DNA of 64,000 nucleotides from NCBI GenBank assembly GCA_013265495.1, contig MU058781.1, positions 910,963 to 974,962 on the forward strand. Direction: 5' to 3'. The notes beneath the pieces were generated by a model that saw nothing but the letters and a program-made list of their open reading frames with translations, ran no database searches and was not told where the DNA came from. This DNA comes from Vicugna vicugna. Taxonomy: Eukaryota. Made by a program: the position numbers and the translations under genes. Shown here piece by piece: positions 10,981 through 25,180 of the stretch; the first letter of the stretch is position 1, and every line of letters begins with the position of its first letter.

Positions 10981-12164
10981 ATTTCTTAGCTGAGGACCCG
11001 ACACAGAGTAAAAGCAGAAGAGAATGCCCCTTGCTGCTGCAGCTATTGTCAGGTCTCATAACTACGACGTGACATGGAGCTAATGTAGGATTCAAGCCTG
11101 CGGACCTAGACAATCATCAGCAAAGTACCTTCACATATTAGGTCCTCTGTTGCTTAAGAAATGGAATAAACTGGGTTGTCAAGATAGTTTTTTGCACTCT
11201 CATTTCATCAACAACCAATAAATATAGAGTTTTGTTTTCTATTGAACAAGAGAGTGGGTAGCAAAAAGCAACTAGCTGAAGCATATAATATTTGTCCTTT
11301 CTGCTTCAGAAACTCACACACACAAAAAGAGAGAAAGAAAAAAGTGAAGAAAGGAATATAGTATCTATATAAAATTCTCCCTTGAAGATAGTTATTTAGT
11401 ACAAATTTGCATATTCCATGATAGATTCAGATATTTGTGACTTAATTCCAAAAGATGATCAAAAACTGTATGTGTGTATTATACATACACACATACTCCT
11501 TTTCACAGTGTATTAAAGTAGCCTGTGATCTTCTTAATTGAAAATGTACGCACATCTTTATTTTTATCTGTACCATCTACATTTGAGAAAATGAATTTCA
11601 CTTGTATTGGCACCTATCTGTTTGTCTATCTGTAGTGTCTATGCAATCATGTTTGTGGAGAGATAACCTTTGAAGTGTCATTTTTTTCCAGGGGATAATG
11701 GCCCAGGAAGCTGCCTGGGCTTGAGTTGGGTAATTGTTTGAATTCAATCATTTTGCAGAAGCAGGAATCTTTGCTTCTCTGAGTATAGGTGATAAATCAT
11801 ACTTACATTACTTCTAAAATACCTTCAGCCTAAGTCACTCTGATAGAATCAAAATAGAATAAAATATTGTTGCTCAATTCCTTTTTGGATTCTGTTCAGG
11901 TATTAGAACATATTTGAATCTGCTAAATTTTAAATAAATATTGATGTACCAGTTACACAGTATTTGTATATACAGACCCACAGAATGAGAATATAACTGT
12001 AACAGACATTCCTGCTCTCAGATAAAGACATTTTCGTCTTTTCAAATCATCCCTGCGTTTTAAGTCTTATGGTAAATGGATGGGAGAGGAGCTTTTTTGT
12101 GTGCTTTTGCTTGATCTCTCAAGATGAAAATGCATTCCTTTGAGTTTCAGGGGAAGGCACTCAC

Positions 12165-12383
12165 TTTGTCACAGGAGTTGAAATGGCCTGGAGGAAAAGC
12201 CACTGGCTGAGGTAATGCAGGTAGAGCCTCAGGAACCAGAGAGAAGCCATCAGCAAGATAATGTACCAGAAGCCCTGGCTTCGCCACTGAGCTAGCTGAA
12301 GTTCTGAAAACACTGATGCCAGCACAAAATAGAGATGTTTGAAGAATTCTCCAGATCCAGTTCCATCAGCAACTGAAGAACAG
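12165..12383 (-). CDS. OFCC1: OFCC1 internal coding exon (219 nt, phase 2 to 2): CSSVADGTGSGEFFKHLYFVLASVFSELQLAQWRSQGFWYIILLMASLWFLRLYLHYLSQWLFLQAISTPVT(K); first TM segment
   Basis: Acceptor atttctctgtttgtag|C and donor GACAAA|gtgagt. The frame is open. AA plus the G of the next exon gives AAG (Lys). Not in the ORF track. Confidence 0.93.
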
Positions 12384-12577
12384 CTACAAACAGAGAAATA
12401 ATAGATAAATGCTGGGCTTAAAGCACAACCAAAAGTAAAATATTTCTGAGAATAATAATAAAGACATAGCGAAAGTAAAGTTGAATGAAATTTTTTTCAA
12501 GGTACTTGGGCCTCAAACGATTTATGTTCCTTTTCGCTCCAATGGATTTACTAAAGGAGAACAGAATGATATATGCA

Positions 12578-13295
12578 TATGGAAATGCAAATCAAACCGA
12601 CAGCGAGATATTTCCTCACACCCATTAAGATGGCTACCATCCAAAAAAAAGAAAGAAAGAAAGAAAGAAAAGCCAGAAAATAATGTGTTGATGAGCATGT
12701 GGAAAAATTGGAACTCCTATGTGCTGTTGATGGAAATGCAAAATGGTATAATTGTTACGGAAAACCATACGGCCTCACAAAATTGAAAATACACTTACCA
12801 CCTGATCCAGCAATACTCTTCAAAAGAATTCAAAGCAGGATCCCAAACAGATATTTGTACACCTACGTTCACAGCAGCATTATTCACAGTAACCAAACGG
12901 TGGAAGCACCCTAACTGCCCATCAAGTGGAATATTATTCAGCCTTAAAAAGGAAGGAAATTCTGCCACAGGCCACAACATGGATGAACTTTGAGACGATT
13001 ATGCTAAATGAAGTAAGTCATAAAAAGACAAATACTATGTGATTCCACTTAGATGAGATAACCTAGAGCAGTCAAGTCACAGAGACAGAAAGTAGAGTGG
13101 TGGTTGCTAGGGGCTGGGGGAGGGGAAGAGGAGTTGTTTAATGGCACAGAGTTTCAGTTTTGCAAGATGAAAAAGTTGTGGAGACTGGTTGCTCACCCAC
13201 ATAGACACACTAAACACAACTGAACTGCACACTTACAATGGTTAAGATGATATATTTGATGCTATGTGTGTGTTACAATTAAAAATTTAAAAAGA
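12578..13295 (+). mobile_element. Older L1 (L1MB-like) 3' fragment
   Basis: ggaaatgcaaatcaaac...cacacccattaagatggctac...cagcagcattattcacagtaaccaaacggtggaagc...gtttcagttttgcaagatgaaaaagtt. Confidence 0.85.
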
Positions 13296-16200
13296 AATAT
13301 AGAGACAAATGATTATAAACAACAAACGTATTTTCTTTAAATCCTGAAAATCTATACCATTGCCCTGTTTATCTCACCTACTCACAATGATCCCTCTTTA
13401 TTAAGGTTACATTTAACTATTTGCACATAGTGTGTTAAAAGTTAACTATTTCATTTTGAAAATTGAGATGAGTTATTAACATATCATTGAAAACATATGA
13501 ATGAGAATTTCACCCTTAGGAATGCTCGTGTTCTTTAGTACAATACCGACATTTTCTGTTGAAACCGACCATGAAAGAACTATGTATGGTTATTCTGACT
13601 GAGCTCTGATTTCCTCTCTCTGCTCAGTATTGACGGCAAGAGATGTTTTCAAAGCTTCTGAAAGCAGGAGAGGAGACGAAGAGGCTACCTGAAAGGCACG
13701 GCAGGGGCAGAAGTCGCTCCCCGCCGGTTCCCATGGCGATGCGCAGGGAGTATTCAGTAGAGTTACTGGGGCTTAGTGACTAAGTGTACAAAGTTCTGGA
13801 ATCTGGGCGATTCCTTTCTACGCCTTAGTCTCCTCATATGGAAAAGGAAGATGAGAACAGTACCAGCATTCCAGGGTCAATACGACGACTGAGTTAACAG
13901 ATACAAAACGCTTTAAACAATGCTGTCCCTAAGCAACTATCACAAAATAGTAAGTACTCATGATGCTGTTCCCCTTTTCTTTCTTCCAATAATTAGCAGA
14001 GCTCCTCTGAAATAGGCTGACTTTCCATCAAGCCCAAGAAACGTATGCGATCTGTCTAAACGACAATATTTTTTTAATTTTTAAAGAGATTTAAACATGG
14101 AAATGCATATATTTGCTATTTAATTAAAACAGTGAATATTGATGGTACACACCATCGCTGGTTTAATAAAATGTCGGTTTTACTAAATCAGTGATCGATC
14201 TTTATAATAAGTAGGCTCCAGGTTCCTGGATTAGTTTGTCTAATCTGATTCTGGAATAACCCAGTAAATTATTTCTTCAACCAAAAATAGTCCTGATTAT
14301 AAACACATGACCAGAGGAGAAGCTGGTACCACAGTAAGTAGTTCAGTGACTTAGTGACCAAACACAGCAGTTCAAGGCCATGTGGGAGCGTTAACAGAAA
14401 TGGAATTCATAGACAGATTCCAAAGATTTTTATATACAAAAGCGCATCCCTCCCTGAAGACTATCAACTACAATGACAATTGTACCATGAAAAGAAAATA
14501 AATAACAGAAACAAGAGGCTTTGGGAAGAAGAACAAGAAACACAAAAAACTAACAACAGCGGAAAGTAAGAGAAAATCCATTATTCCCCTTAAGATTCCA
14601 ATCCATGACTTTGGTCGTTTGGGCTGCACAAGACTCACAAGGCACTGAACTTGACATTGACAGTTCCTTTTCGTTGATTTTGGGTGTATTTCGCCGGGAA
14701 GGTGCAGAGCATCATCTAACTGAAAACTACACGCAGTCAGGTGAGAACAGCTAAACATGAAGCAGACCCCAGGAGGCTCTGGTTTACCACAGGCGAAACA
14801 GTCAGGAGGCTACAAACAGGCTCAGAACACCGGACTGCGTTTACCATTATGTGAACTGAAACCCTGAACCCTCTACACTGCTACAGGAAAATACTCTGCG
14901 CGTGGTCCCCTCTTCAGTTAATGACTGTGTCACTGTTTCACGTCTTCAGAGAGAAGAGAAAACCAAATACAGATTTGGCGTTGTGTTTTTTGCAAAAAAC
15001 CGGAAAATCTCAAACGCTGCAAAACAGAGAAGACAGTAGCTTCTCAGACCTTTGGAAATTTCCACTGCTCTTTTCACCTATTGACATAAGATGACTAAGC
15101 AGTTTAAATATGTAGGCACAGCACCCACTATTAAGTCAGATTTTACCATTAGCTTCACGGATGAAATGTTCCCGATCCACATTCAGATCCACACACTTGT
15201 GTATGCGACGTTTGATTTAGGACGAATAACACTCACATTTCACTGTGTACCATTTATATCAAATTCAAGATACTCAATTTTCTTGTACCTAGTCAACACA
15301 ATTCAATATTTTTCTATTCGTTTGTTTAACAATAGTAATTATAGCATCTGGATTTCAAGAATTAGGAAAAACCTGGAATCAATAACGTCGAGTTTAAAAC
15401 ATTGTATACTGCAAAGTTAGAAATTAATAAAAGAATCAGTTGATGTTAGAATGTCGCCAAATAAAAGGATGTATCGAAAAGCTCCTTAGGTGAACAAAGC
15501 TAGTCAATTACAGCCATCTAAACAACTCCTGTAGACAAGAAAACGTCAGCCCCCCTCTTAATCGTTTTGAACTTGCACCTGAAATCTAAACACGCGTGGA
15601 TATAGGACTGCCCCTGCAACCCTCTCTCTGCATAAATTGTTCTTAAAATGGATTTCATTCGAAAGAAAATTCTGCATCCGTGTTTCCCAACTGTCTGGAA
15701 AGAAAGCCTCTTTTTCATTCCTGCATCCATGCAAGGCCCGTGATGAAACACAGCGCTGGGGCATGATATCTTCCTCCACGTTTCAACCGTCCTTTCCCTC
15801 CTCTGTAATCCTTCTTGGTTATGTACAAAGAGTATGACCATCAAAAGGATAATAAATGGCCTCTGCCACTGGGGTGTGTAATACGTACAGTGGGAATTGA
15901 TTTGCTGGTTATGAAGGAAGCCAGAGAGCACACAGATCATTGCAAAAATCACATTGAGGCCAGCAGCTCCTCCCCAGTTCATGCAGGCGGCTCCTCTCTC
16001 GCTGCCAGAGGGTGAGAGGAATGGTGAGGTCATCCAGTATTCAGCTATTAAATGAAACCTATTTCTCTGAACTTCAGCCACATTTCATATGACACACATA
16101 TATCCCCCTTCCGTGGCCAGTCCTTATAGAGACCTGAAATCAAACAAGATTTCTATGATCCATCAGTGTAATAATAATAAAAGAAAAAGACCAAAATTGC

Positions 16201-16631
16201 TTTGGGGGAAAAAAAAAAAGCATGGAATGCATTCTTAAACTCCCTTCCACGGTGAACAAGAGTCCTTACGAATTTGTATACAACCAGGTCCTGAGATCTG
16301 GGGAGTAAAGAGGAATTAGACAAATGGGAGTCGGGGAGGGTAGCCAGGAAAGCCGGGAGGGCCTTCCATCACACAGGTCATTCTCAGAAGAATAAAGTTC
16401 TTTTTCTAGAACTGAAAACAAGCTGACTAGGGTGGAGGAAGTCTAAGTAGGTGAAGATGGTGATGGAGACTAAGCTGGAGGTAAAAGAGGCCTGTTTATA
16501 AAGGGGACTCTATTCTGCCACCATCAATGGCCGACAAAGGATTCTAGGGTGAGGGAGATGGGGAGGGATCCCACGTTTGAAGAAACGCTGCTCTGGCTGC
16601 CGGATGGAAACGTGCGGGGAGAGTCCGGACT

Positions 16632-16709
16632 CAGGGGAGGAAGGATTACAATTTAGATGATGACCTACTGCAGGGGAGGAAGGATTACAATTTAGATGAT
16701 GACCTACTG
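16632..16709. repeat. Perfect 39-bp tandem duplication
   Basis: caggggaggaaggattacaatttagatgatgacctactg occurs at 16632-16670 and again at 16671-16709. Confidence 0.97.
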
Positions 16710-16857
16710 GTGCTGCTCCAGGAGGAGCAGGACTCTAGAGCTTTCAGAAATGTGGGCATGGCTAGGCTTCACTGTCACACTCACAGGTAGGGTGGAAAAG
16801 GCCCCTTGTCCTCTGACAGGTGCTTGGGCATCTCAAACGGGGAAGGCCTCCTGCCCC

Positions 16858-17300
16858 TGTATCAGTCCTCTAGGGCTGCCATAGCCACAAACGGGGTGAC
16901 TTCAAACAAAAGAAAGGTATTCTCCCACAGTTCTGGAGGCTACACGTCCTCAGCCAAGGTGTTGGCAGAGCCACGCTCTCTCTGAAGGAGGGTACAAGAT
17001 GACAGATCTTTTCTTGCCTCTTTCAGTGTCTGGTAGCCCCCAAGACATTCCTTGACTAGTGGCAGCAGAAATCCAATCTCTGCCTCCGTCATTACACGGC
17101 TATCCTCGTTTTGTGTGTCTGTGTTGTCACATGTGAGGAGGACACCATACTGGACTAAAAAAGGGTCCACCCTACTCCAGGTCCATCTCATCTCAACTTC
17201 CACCTGCAATGATCCTCTTCCCAGGTAAGGTCACACTCTGAAATACTAGGGTTTAGAACCTCAACATATTATTTGAGGGCACACAATTCAACCCACGACA
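16858..17300 (-). mobile_element. MaLR solo LTR (MLT1C/D-like)
   Basis: Begins TG and ends CA. The reverse complement starts tgtcgtgggttgaattgtgtgccc. Internal cacagttctggaggct. Flanks gcccc/ccccc resemble a 5-bp TSD. Confidence 0.85.
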
Positions 17301-18009
17301 CCCCCACATGCCAACAGCAACCCTTTGGAGGAAAAGGGAATTTGAGAGGAGGAGGGACGGATCAATGGGTGGACTTGAGAGATCTTCCACTACAGTTAAC
17401 AGGATGTGGAGACTGTTTGAATATAGGGCCTTAACGAAAAGAATCAAACATGGTTGCAAAGTTTCTGGCCCAGGGAGCTCATCCAAAGGCTGAGTGGAGA
17501 GCATATTAGGAAAAAGCATTTGGTAGGGAAGAGGGAAAAATGAGGGGAAAAAAACCCCCACTAAGCTCATATTGACGTGCGTGTGGCAAATGCCTCTGGT
17601 ACCTCCAAGAGAATTTGCCCAAAAGCCTGTCGTCCTTACGGAGGTGGAGCTCAAGAGACATCGGAAATGGAGACAGCAGTTTGAAGTCACCGACACGGAA
17701 ACCAGAAGCCATCAGCACGGCGGAGACCCCTCATCGACATACAGTAGGTGGAAATGATGTGAACCCCAAAAACTGCAGAGATGTTGGTCACCAGGTTTAG
17801 TGCAAATGTCCTCTGCACAGGACGGGCTGTCACTACACTGAGCAGCACAAACTCAAGCACACGCTGAAGAGATTATTTTCCCATACACCGGCTTACAGCT
17901 GCAAACCCACTTAATCTGGCCAAAAGCATCCTCTTTCATTCATTCCTTCAAAAAATGGCTTATGGAGAAGTGTTTTTCAGGTAAGGGAGGATTTTTGGCA
18001 GTAATAACT

Positions 18010-18230
18010 GATGTAATAATAATGGCTGTTATGGGTTGGACACAGTCTAATGTAACACATGTGAATTAGACCTGACTTACCAGGGCGCTTCGGAGGACGT
18101 GCGTTACTGCAGTCATCTCACAGATGAGGCAATGAGAACTACGGAAGGTCAAATGATTCGCTTTAAATCATACAGATTTTAAGAGAAAGAACCAAGACCA
18201 GAATGTAGATTTCAACCTGCTATTAGTCTG
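18010..18230 (-). mobile_element. MIR SINE (degenerate)
   Basis: catctcacagatgaggcaatgagaactacggaaggtcaaatgattcgc core. Confidence 0.55.
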
Positions 18231-20863
18231 TGTACGCCCACAATCCGTGCTGCTCTGAGTCCGTGGGGGCTGACAGTGTTGGCAGGAAGGAGGTTTACCC
18301 CTCACTCCCAAATCCTGGGAACTTACACTGGAACTCAGCCAACGCACACTGACATTAACACTGGTGAGTTAACACGGCCGTTTGTTCTCCAGAGGCAGGA
18401 ACTGTCTGCCTCGTTCCCACCGCCACGTCCCCAGGGCCCAGCACCAGGCCTCGTGCAGAGTAGGTGCTTAAAAACAAGTATTTGTTAAGTAAATCACGTT
18501 TTAAATGCATGGTTTTCCAAGTGGTTTAGATGAAGACCATGATCCGCTACAGTCGGTTAGCCTGTGTGTTCAGGTTTCCCCGTTTCAGTGTTGATACAGC
18601 CCATGCTGACTGATTTGCTTTTGGTGACTAAGAAATTAGAAAACGACCATCAGGATTTTCTAAGTGGCAGTTGAGAAAAGTCTCATCAGGGCACAGCGGT
18701 ATATCAGCAAACGATTTGGCTGGCAGGGACTCTTTGGGCAAACTCACTGTAACATCATGTTTAAAAGAAAACAAGATAAAACTAAAAAATAATAATAATA
18801 ATAAGGTAAAACTATGTCAAGATAAAGAAGCATTTGGAAAGAAAGAGCATTAATTTAAAAGATCATTACCATACTATAATCATGTGTTGATTATTAGATT
18901 AATTGTATAGAAATTATAAATGGTATCAATTTTCTTTTTGATCGAAGTTGTTAAAATGCTCAAATCTGCCATTGCGTTGTCACTGTTTCAAGTATTTGGG
19001 GAAATAATTTTACAAAAGTATCTGTACATATACATTTACCAAAACATTGTGCATATAACCGTTATCCATTCTTTCAACATTTAGAAAGCTTTATCGAAAG
19101 GAAAACGTCACAAGATTTTCTTGATATTAGCATTTTTCATCTAGATTTCCCCTCCCCTAAAATTGTGTCTCCTTGGCCAATTTGGGTATTGTACTTTTAA
19201 TATAACACATTGCACTTTTAACAGGTTTAATTCAATTTACAACAAATGCCTCTAATTAAGTTAAAAGATCTTTGAAAATTGCTAAATCTTAGGGGTAATA
19301 TTACCACTACTGACATTGAAATAATTGATCATTCCCACTGAGGCACAGAAGTATGAATGTTCTAATGAGAAAACAGGGATTGAAGGATGTTGAAGGAATC
19401 CAAAGAGACTCCCAAACTCTTTAGGCTGTTATTTCCAAAGACAGTCTCTGAATGGGAGTGGGGGACATTGGAGGGGGGCAGGGACAGACAAAACTTTTCT
19501 TAGAAGGGAGAGAAAACGAGATCGAACTTCCAAAATACGGTTACGTCTTGGAGCAAAGGTGACCAAGGTCTGTTTGCCTTTCTGAAAAAAATATCTTTTA
19601 TTCCACATGTGTGTTTCTCTTATAGAACATCTTTTTTTTTTTTTTTTGCAATTTATCAATAGTATTTTCTTTAATACTCCGTGGTACCGTGGTAACAAAG
19701 ACTGGCTGTGGTGTTAGAATGCAACAATTTATCCAAGAGAGGTTTTCTCAGAGTGAAGAACAAGTAAATACAGGGCTGGTGCTTTATGATAATTACGATG
19801 TACGAAAGCTAAGGACAACTCGTGGTCCTGAATGAAGAGTGACACCAGAGCCAGAAGCAGAAACGTACAGGTTTTGTCAGTTTTTATCGACGCTTTCCCT
19901 CTGGCTTTAGGAAGTCAAAGTCACCTTTGCAGCTAATCTGTCAGTAAGAAGACCATTTACCTGGCTGATGTTTGCCCCGCCTAATTGTTTAAAACGTTTA
20001 CAAAGCAGTTTATCAGGGAAATAGCTAAATACTTTATGCAGGGTGGAAGTTGTATTAGGAATTGGAATAATGCAAAAGTGGTTAGCTTTGAAAACAACTG
20101 CACCGGTGAGCCACATGATAATGCATAAACTTTAATTTTTTTAATTATGCCAAACATAAAAAAAGATACTTCATAGATGCTTCCTCTAAAAACAGGGAAT
20201 CGTAATGTCTTCCTCTTCAAGTTATGAGGATCAAACGAGAGTCCTAGGAAGGCGCCTGCCACTTTAAAAGGAAGATTGCTTTATGACACAAAGCGGGGAA
20301 GTCACTAAAAACAAAGAAAGTCATTTCAAAGTGCAAAATTGGCTTCTAATGTTCATTTCACTATTGCAGGCAAGGGTAAAACCAATGTCAGGCATCGTAC
20401 TGTGATTCTTTTAACGGCATATATAGGTGGCTTAGACATTTAAATCAAAAAGCGCAAGTTATAGCTTTGGTTTCTCCTCTTTCCTTCTTTCCTAACACCA
20501 GAGTTTGGCTAGTGAGTACCAGATAAATAGGTTTTGTTTTTGTTTTGTTTTGTTTTGTTTGATTTTGAGGTAAGAAGTCCAGAAATACGAGTGCAACCCC
20601 AACTATTGACAACACCAGACATTTTAAAAATAGGAGACAGAGAAAATATCCTTGCAGTGCATAGAAGAGTGAAAGCAGGAGGTCGCTAAACTGTGATCAT
20701 GTGTAAATAACACACTCCGATCTTGTTGTGGGGTTGAGCTTAATTTTGATTTAGGCAAATGTGGACATCTGGAGCAGTAGGTTAGTCTTCCTTGGGTTCA
20801 AGAAGATCTTGTTCAATTGAGTTGAATTAAATTGAATGCATCTAGAATGAGCTTTATTTAGCA

Positions 20864-20872
20864 GTGTGTGTA

Positions 20873-20902
<30 letters not shown>
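20864..20902. repeat. (TG)n microsatellite
   Basis: Visible TG dinucleotide run. Confidence 0.95.
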
Positions 20903-20903
<1 letters not shown>

Positions 20904-23032
20904 AGCATATACATATATAATATCAAAAGAAAATGAGTAACATAATTTTAAACTTTGAGCTTTTAAAATCAGATGGAACTGGGTTTGAGTATCATTTCTC
21001 ATCACAACATAACTGTGTGAATCTGAGTAAAGTACTTAATCTCTCTAACATAAGGTAATACCTAAAAGGTACCTACTTAGAAGATAACACCTGTTCCAAA
21101 GGTTCATAGAGCAATCAAAAGGGAGAATGCAGTATTGGTCTCATAATAGGTGTCCATTTAATGTTAGCCAAAAGAATTATTTATTTTTCATCAACAATAC
21201 TAATAGTATTTTCTAAGCAAATAATAATGAAAATAATCTGAATTTCACTCTCTTATCCTTGTTTGCTTACAGAGACGTGTTCTAGCTGTAGAAACAAAAT
21301 TTAAATCCTTCCAATTATGTCAAGAGAAGTCCTAGTAATCATTAATCCATACCTTCTTTTAAAACTTCTAAAGACCTCAAAATAGAGGGGTATACACTCT
21401 TATAATTTAATACAACAAAATACATAATGTATTAACACTTTTTCTTTCCAATTTAATCCTGAGTTGTTTTATTTAGCCACCTATTATAACAAGTAATTTG
21501 TGTTGATAGCTCTGAGGAAATCTAGAAATTAAAGAGCTAATTAAATTCTTTCTGAGTCATTTCTGAGCCTCTGTATCCATGTATATATATGTGTGTGTGC
21601 ACATATTCAAATGTCTTACAAGTGGCCACATACCGCTGGACGTTTCTGGAAATTGACCTTCCACGATGCCTACTTTGCCTCACTGTTTCCCCGGGGGAAA
21701 TAAATCCAACCTTTAAGCCATATTGCCAAAGGAATCATAGATCATGCACCTGGAGGCACTGAACCAGACTGTCAGAAATTATGATCAAGATAGGAAGGAG
21801 AGGTGATGAAAAACTGACCTATTTGACCTAGTGAACTCACTATTTATGGAAGATCTTAAGGAAGTTTTTTACTGTCTTAAGTTCAAATAATAATAAGTAT
21901 CCTGTGAAACATTTAAACAGTGGCCCCATTTCTCTAAGTAGTTTGGCATCTTCAAAGTTACATTTAAATGATATTTTTACAAATGCTTGGCCTGCATATT
22001 TTTTTTAAAAAGAGTTTTTCAAACCTATTTCAAAAGCGCTCTAAGAGAGCCGTAGCTGGTCTAAGAACCCTTGGATATCAACCTGAAACAAAAACCTGGT
22101 CACAGTTTGCAAAATGCTTTGCTGATTTAAGGCTGTTATCTATATTCTTTTCTTTCAAAGAATGTACTGTTTTTGCCAGTGGGAGCTCTGACCTATAAAA
22201 ATGATAGTTCCCTTCATCTTTGCACTTCCTGAAACACACTTCTTCAAAGGGGACGTCTGAGAACATAATGCGGACTAGCACAGCCAGGTACACATCAGTC
22301 ACAGAAACGGTTAGTGCTCTCCCCCGAAGGAGGTGCCTTCCACTCTGAGGCAGAGGAGCGTGCAGAAAGTCTACGGAGAAGAGATCTTGAGACCTACACA
22401 CACCTGTACTGAAGTGAAGGAAGCAGGACTGAGAAGAAGGAAATCCTGACCTTTAAGGACATGGTAACTGAGTCCCTGGCTGATGATCCAGAGTTGGAGC
22501 GGGCATTGGCAGGTGTCCCAAAACGAGGCTGGGGACAAGGCCTTTGTACTTCCACATCGAGTCTCTTCTCGTATTTGCAATTTTAAAGTATCCTTTACTG
22601 ATACTGACCTCACAGTACATTTGATTTCTAAAATCTCGACCAGGAATTGGCATTAAGTAAAAATGTACTAAGTAAACAGAATTAAAATGTGTTGAAAAAT
22701 ATCATAAGAATGTGGAGCACATCATCACTTTTGCCTTGATAATGTCACTCAAAGCGCCAGAAGCCAGAAAACCAAAGAACCTGTTTTTGCTAGTTTTGTT
22801 ATAAACAGTGTTTAGGACAACCCTTCGGGTGAATGACAGGGATGAACTGGACTATGTGTTGATTCAGATGTTGGTACTGGGGTCGCTGCTGCATGTGTGT
22901 GACGCACCCACATATTCTGTGGGTGACAAGATGATTACTAAATGCCCGTGCTGCGCACAGCGTGAACAGCAAGTGTCATTTAGAGAGGTTACCAAGAGAT
23001 TTCCTAACAAAGTATTTTCCCAGCCTAACTTC

Positions 23033-23056
23033 TGTGTGTGTGTGTGTGTGTGTGTG
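23033..23056. repeat. (TG)n microsatellite
   Basis: Visible TG dinucleotide run. Confidence 0.95.
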
Positions 23057-25180
23057 TTTAGAGGCAATTCGCAGCACCAGGTCTGCATCTCCCTGGAGGC
23101 AATCACAGAGATGTGCACACAGTAAGTTTAGACACATGGTGGAAATATGTTATTATGTAAAATGTTACATTTCCTGTACTATTCCTCACAACATTAATTA
23201 TTAGGTCTAACTTGGTAAAAAAAAAAAAAACCAAAACACGTATAGAACGCTCAGTAGGTAATATAAGACCACAGTGTATTAAGTGAGAAGAAGGGTATGT
23301 TGTGACTTGATAAAAGTGGAGGAAATACTTAACTGCCCTCTAAGGTAGCTCTCAGTGGAAACATTCAACATTAAATTAGGAAAGTACAGATTCCTGAATT
23401 CCAGGGATTTTCAAAAGGAAGGAACAGTGCAAAATCCCCGTGTCAGTAGCGCAATCAAACTAGAACCTCCCTGTTGGGTAAAAGCCATTCTGGGGATTTG
23501 CACCCAAGTCTCGTGTAGCCGAAGGGGCAAGACCATCTACCTATGATGGTGAGGAGCCTCAGGGAAGAGCAGGACCTGAGGGCCCTGAGCTCATCTTCCA
23601 GAATCTTTGAGTCTGTTGGGAAATCAATCCCCATTTGTACAGCAACTGATCGGATTTTTTTAGAGCCAAGTCATAATCCAACATCCTGACATCACGAGCA
23701 AAGCTTGTGAAAAATGAAAATCCTCCTGTTTTTCTCCTTCAGGGTGGTTGCTATAGGGTTTTCATTTATTTCCCGAAAGCAGCAGAGAAAGAATAAGGGC
23801 AGGTTGCCAAGTGTGAGACTAGGGATGTCCTTGAAGACAGCCTAAACCAAAATAAACACAAAAACAAACATGTCTACAATTAAAAGATAGTAACACTGCA
23901 TTATAATTAGTCGTCTCAGGAAGTAAAGATATTTTCAGTTAAGTGAATGGGTGACAATTACGTGGATTATTGTCATACTTAAAATGTCAGTGTTAAATGA
24001 TTGCTTTAAGTACATAATAATAAATTCTGCTTTCTTAAGTGGCAAATACAACAAAGCCAAATACAGAGAATGTTTTTAGTGGAAGGAAAATTAAACATTA
24101 ACGAAAACCTGCAACATGCATTTTTTTTTAAAACACAGGAAACAGAAGAGGAATAGCTGTAGATAAACAAACACAGTTCTTTATCTACCACTTGGAATTA
24201 GGAGCGGGTCAAAAACTCACAGAGACAACCTGTTTGGGGGCACGCCCACCGTTTCTGAAGCAATTGCACAAGGAAGGGTAACTGCAGAGAATTCTGCGGA
24301 ACCTTCAAGACCCCTTCTTGGAAGTCTGGGTTAATTATAGCATTTATGAAAATAGCATCGGTTAATTTCACACCTGCCGTCAAATCCTACATGATTTCCT
24401 GGGATATGTTGTGATTACACTGTAGTCCTGCAAACCGTATTTTCTCCATGTCAGTGTTAATTGTACGGGATTAAAAAATAACATGTGCCATTTGCTTATA
24501 CTGCCACTGGTGGTACTGTCTCCCTCTGTGGCCAACGTAGAGTTCTACTTCCTTCTGAGTCCCCACGTCCCCCAAACAAGCAGAAGGCCCCCAGTCATTC
24601 AGCGGTGGCAGCTTTTCCATCCTGCAAACCATGCCACCTGGAAAGCCACACCAGGAGCCAGGAAGTTATATTTAACCTCACAACTGTGGGCAGGGGCAGG
24701 GCTTGCCTTTGCCAACCGGAGTCTACTTGGTTAGGGGGGTGTTCTTTCCTTCATCACCTATAGTTCACCCAACACTATTTTGGGAGAACAACAGAGCAGA
24801 AACATCAGGGTCTCTGTCCCTCTTCCTCTCTTCCCTGGGGAGCGAAGACAGGCACATACAGATTGTTGATTGTCTAACTGGGAAGTTCTGTTGCTATGTT
24901 TGGAGAGGATAAGTGGTCACCGTGGCTGGGAATGTTTGGGGGACCATTTGCTGAGAAAACGGTTCTTCAGGTGGATTTTGAAGGACGGGCAGGATTTGGC
25001 TTGGCCAAGGGGTAAGAGTTTGAGAACTCTAACAGTATAAAAGCAGGCTCCCAGAAGTGGGGCGTGGCAGGGTGACAAGACACACCTACCTGCCTCCTGT
25101 CTTTTTTCAAAGTGAAATATTTTCCTTCTCAAAAGGCCTTGAGTATTAAGTAAATTTTTTAAAAGATCCATTTACTCTTT

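Noticed and set aside
15820..15880. Peptide QWQRPFIILLMVILF resembling OFCC1 QWRSQGFWYIILLM
   Set aside because: The true exon is at 12165-12383. The resemblance is short, with no compatible splice sites, so it is probably chance.
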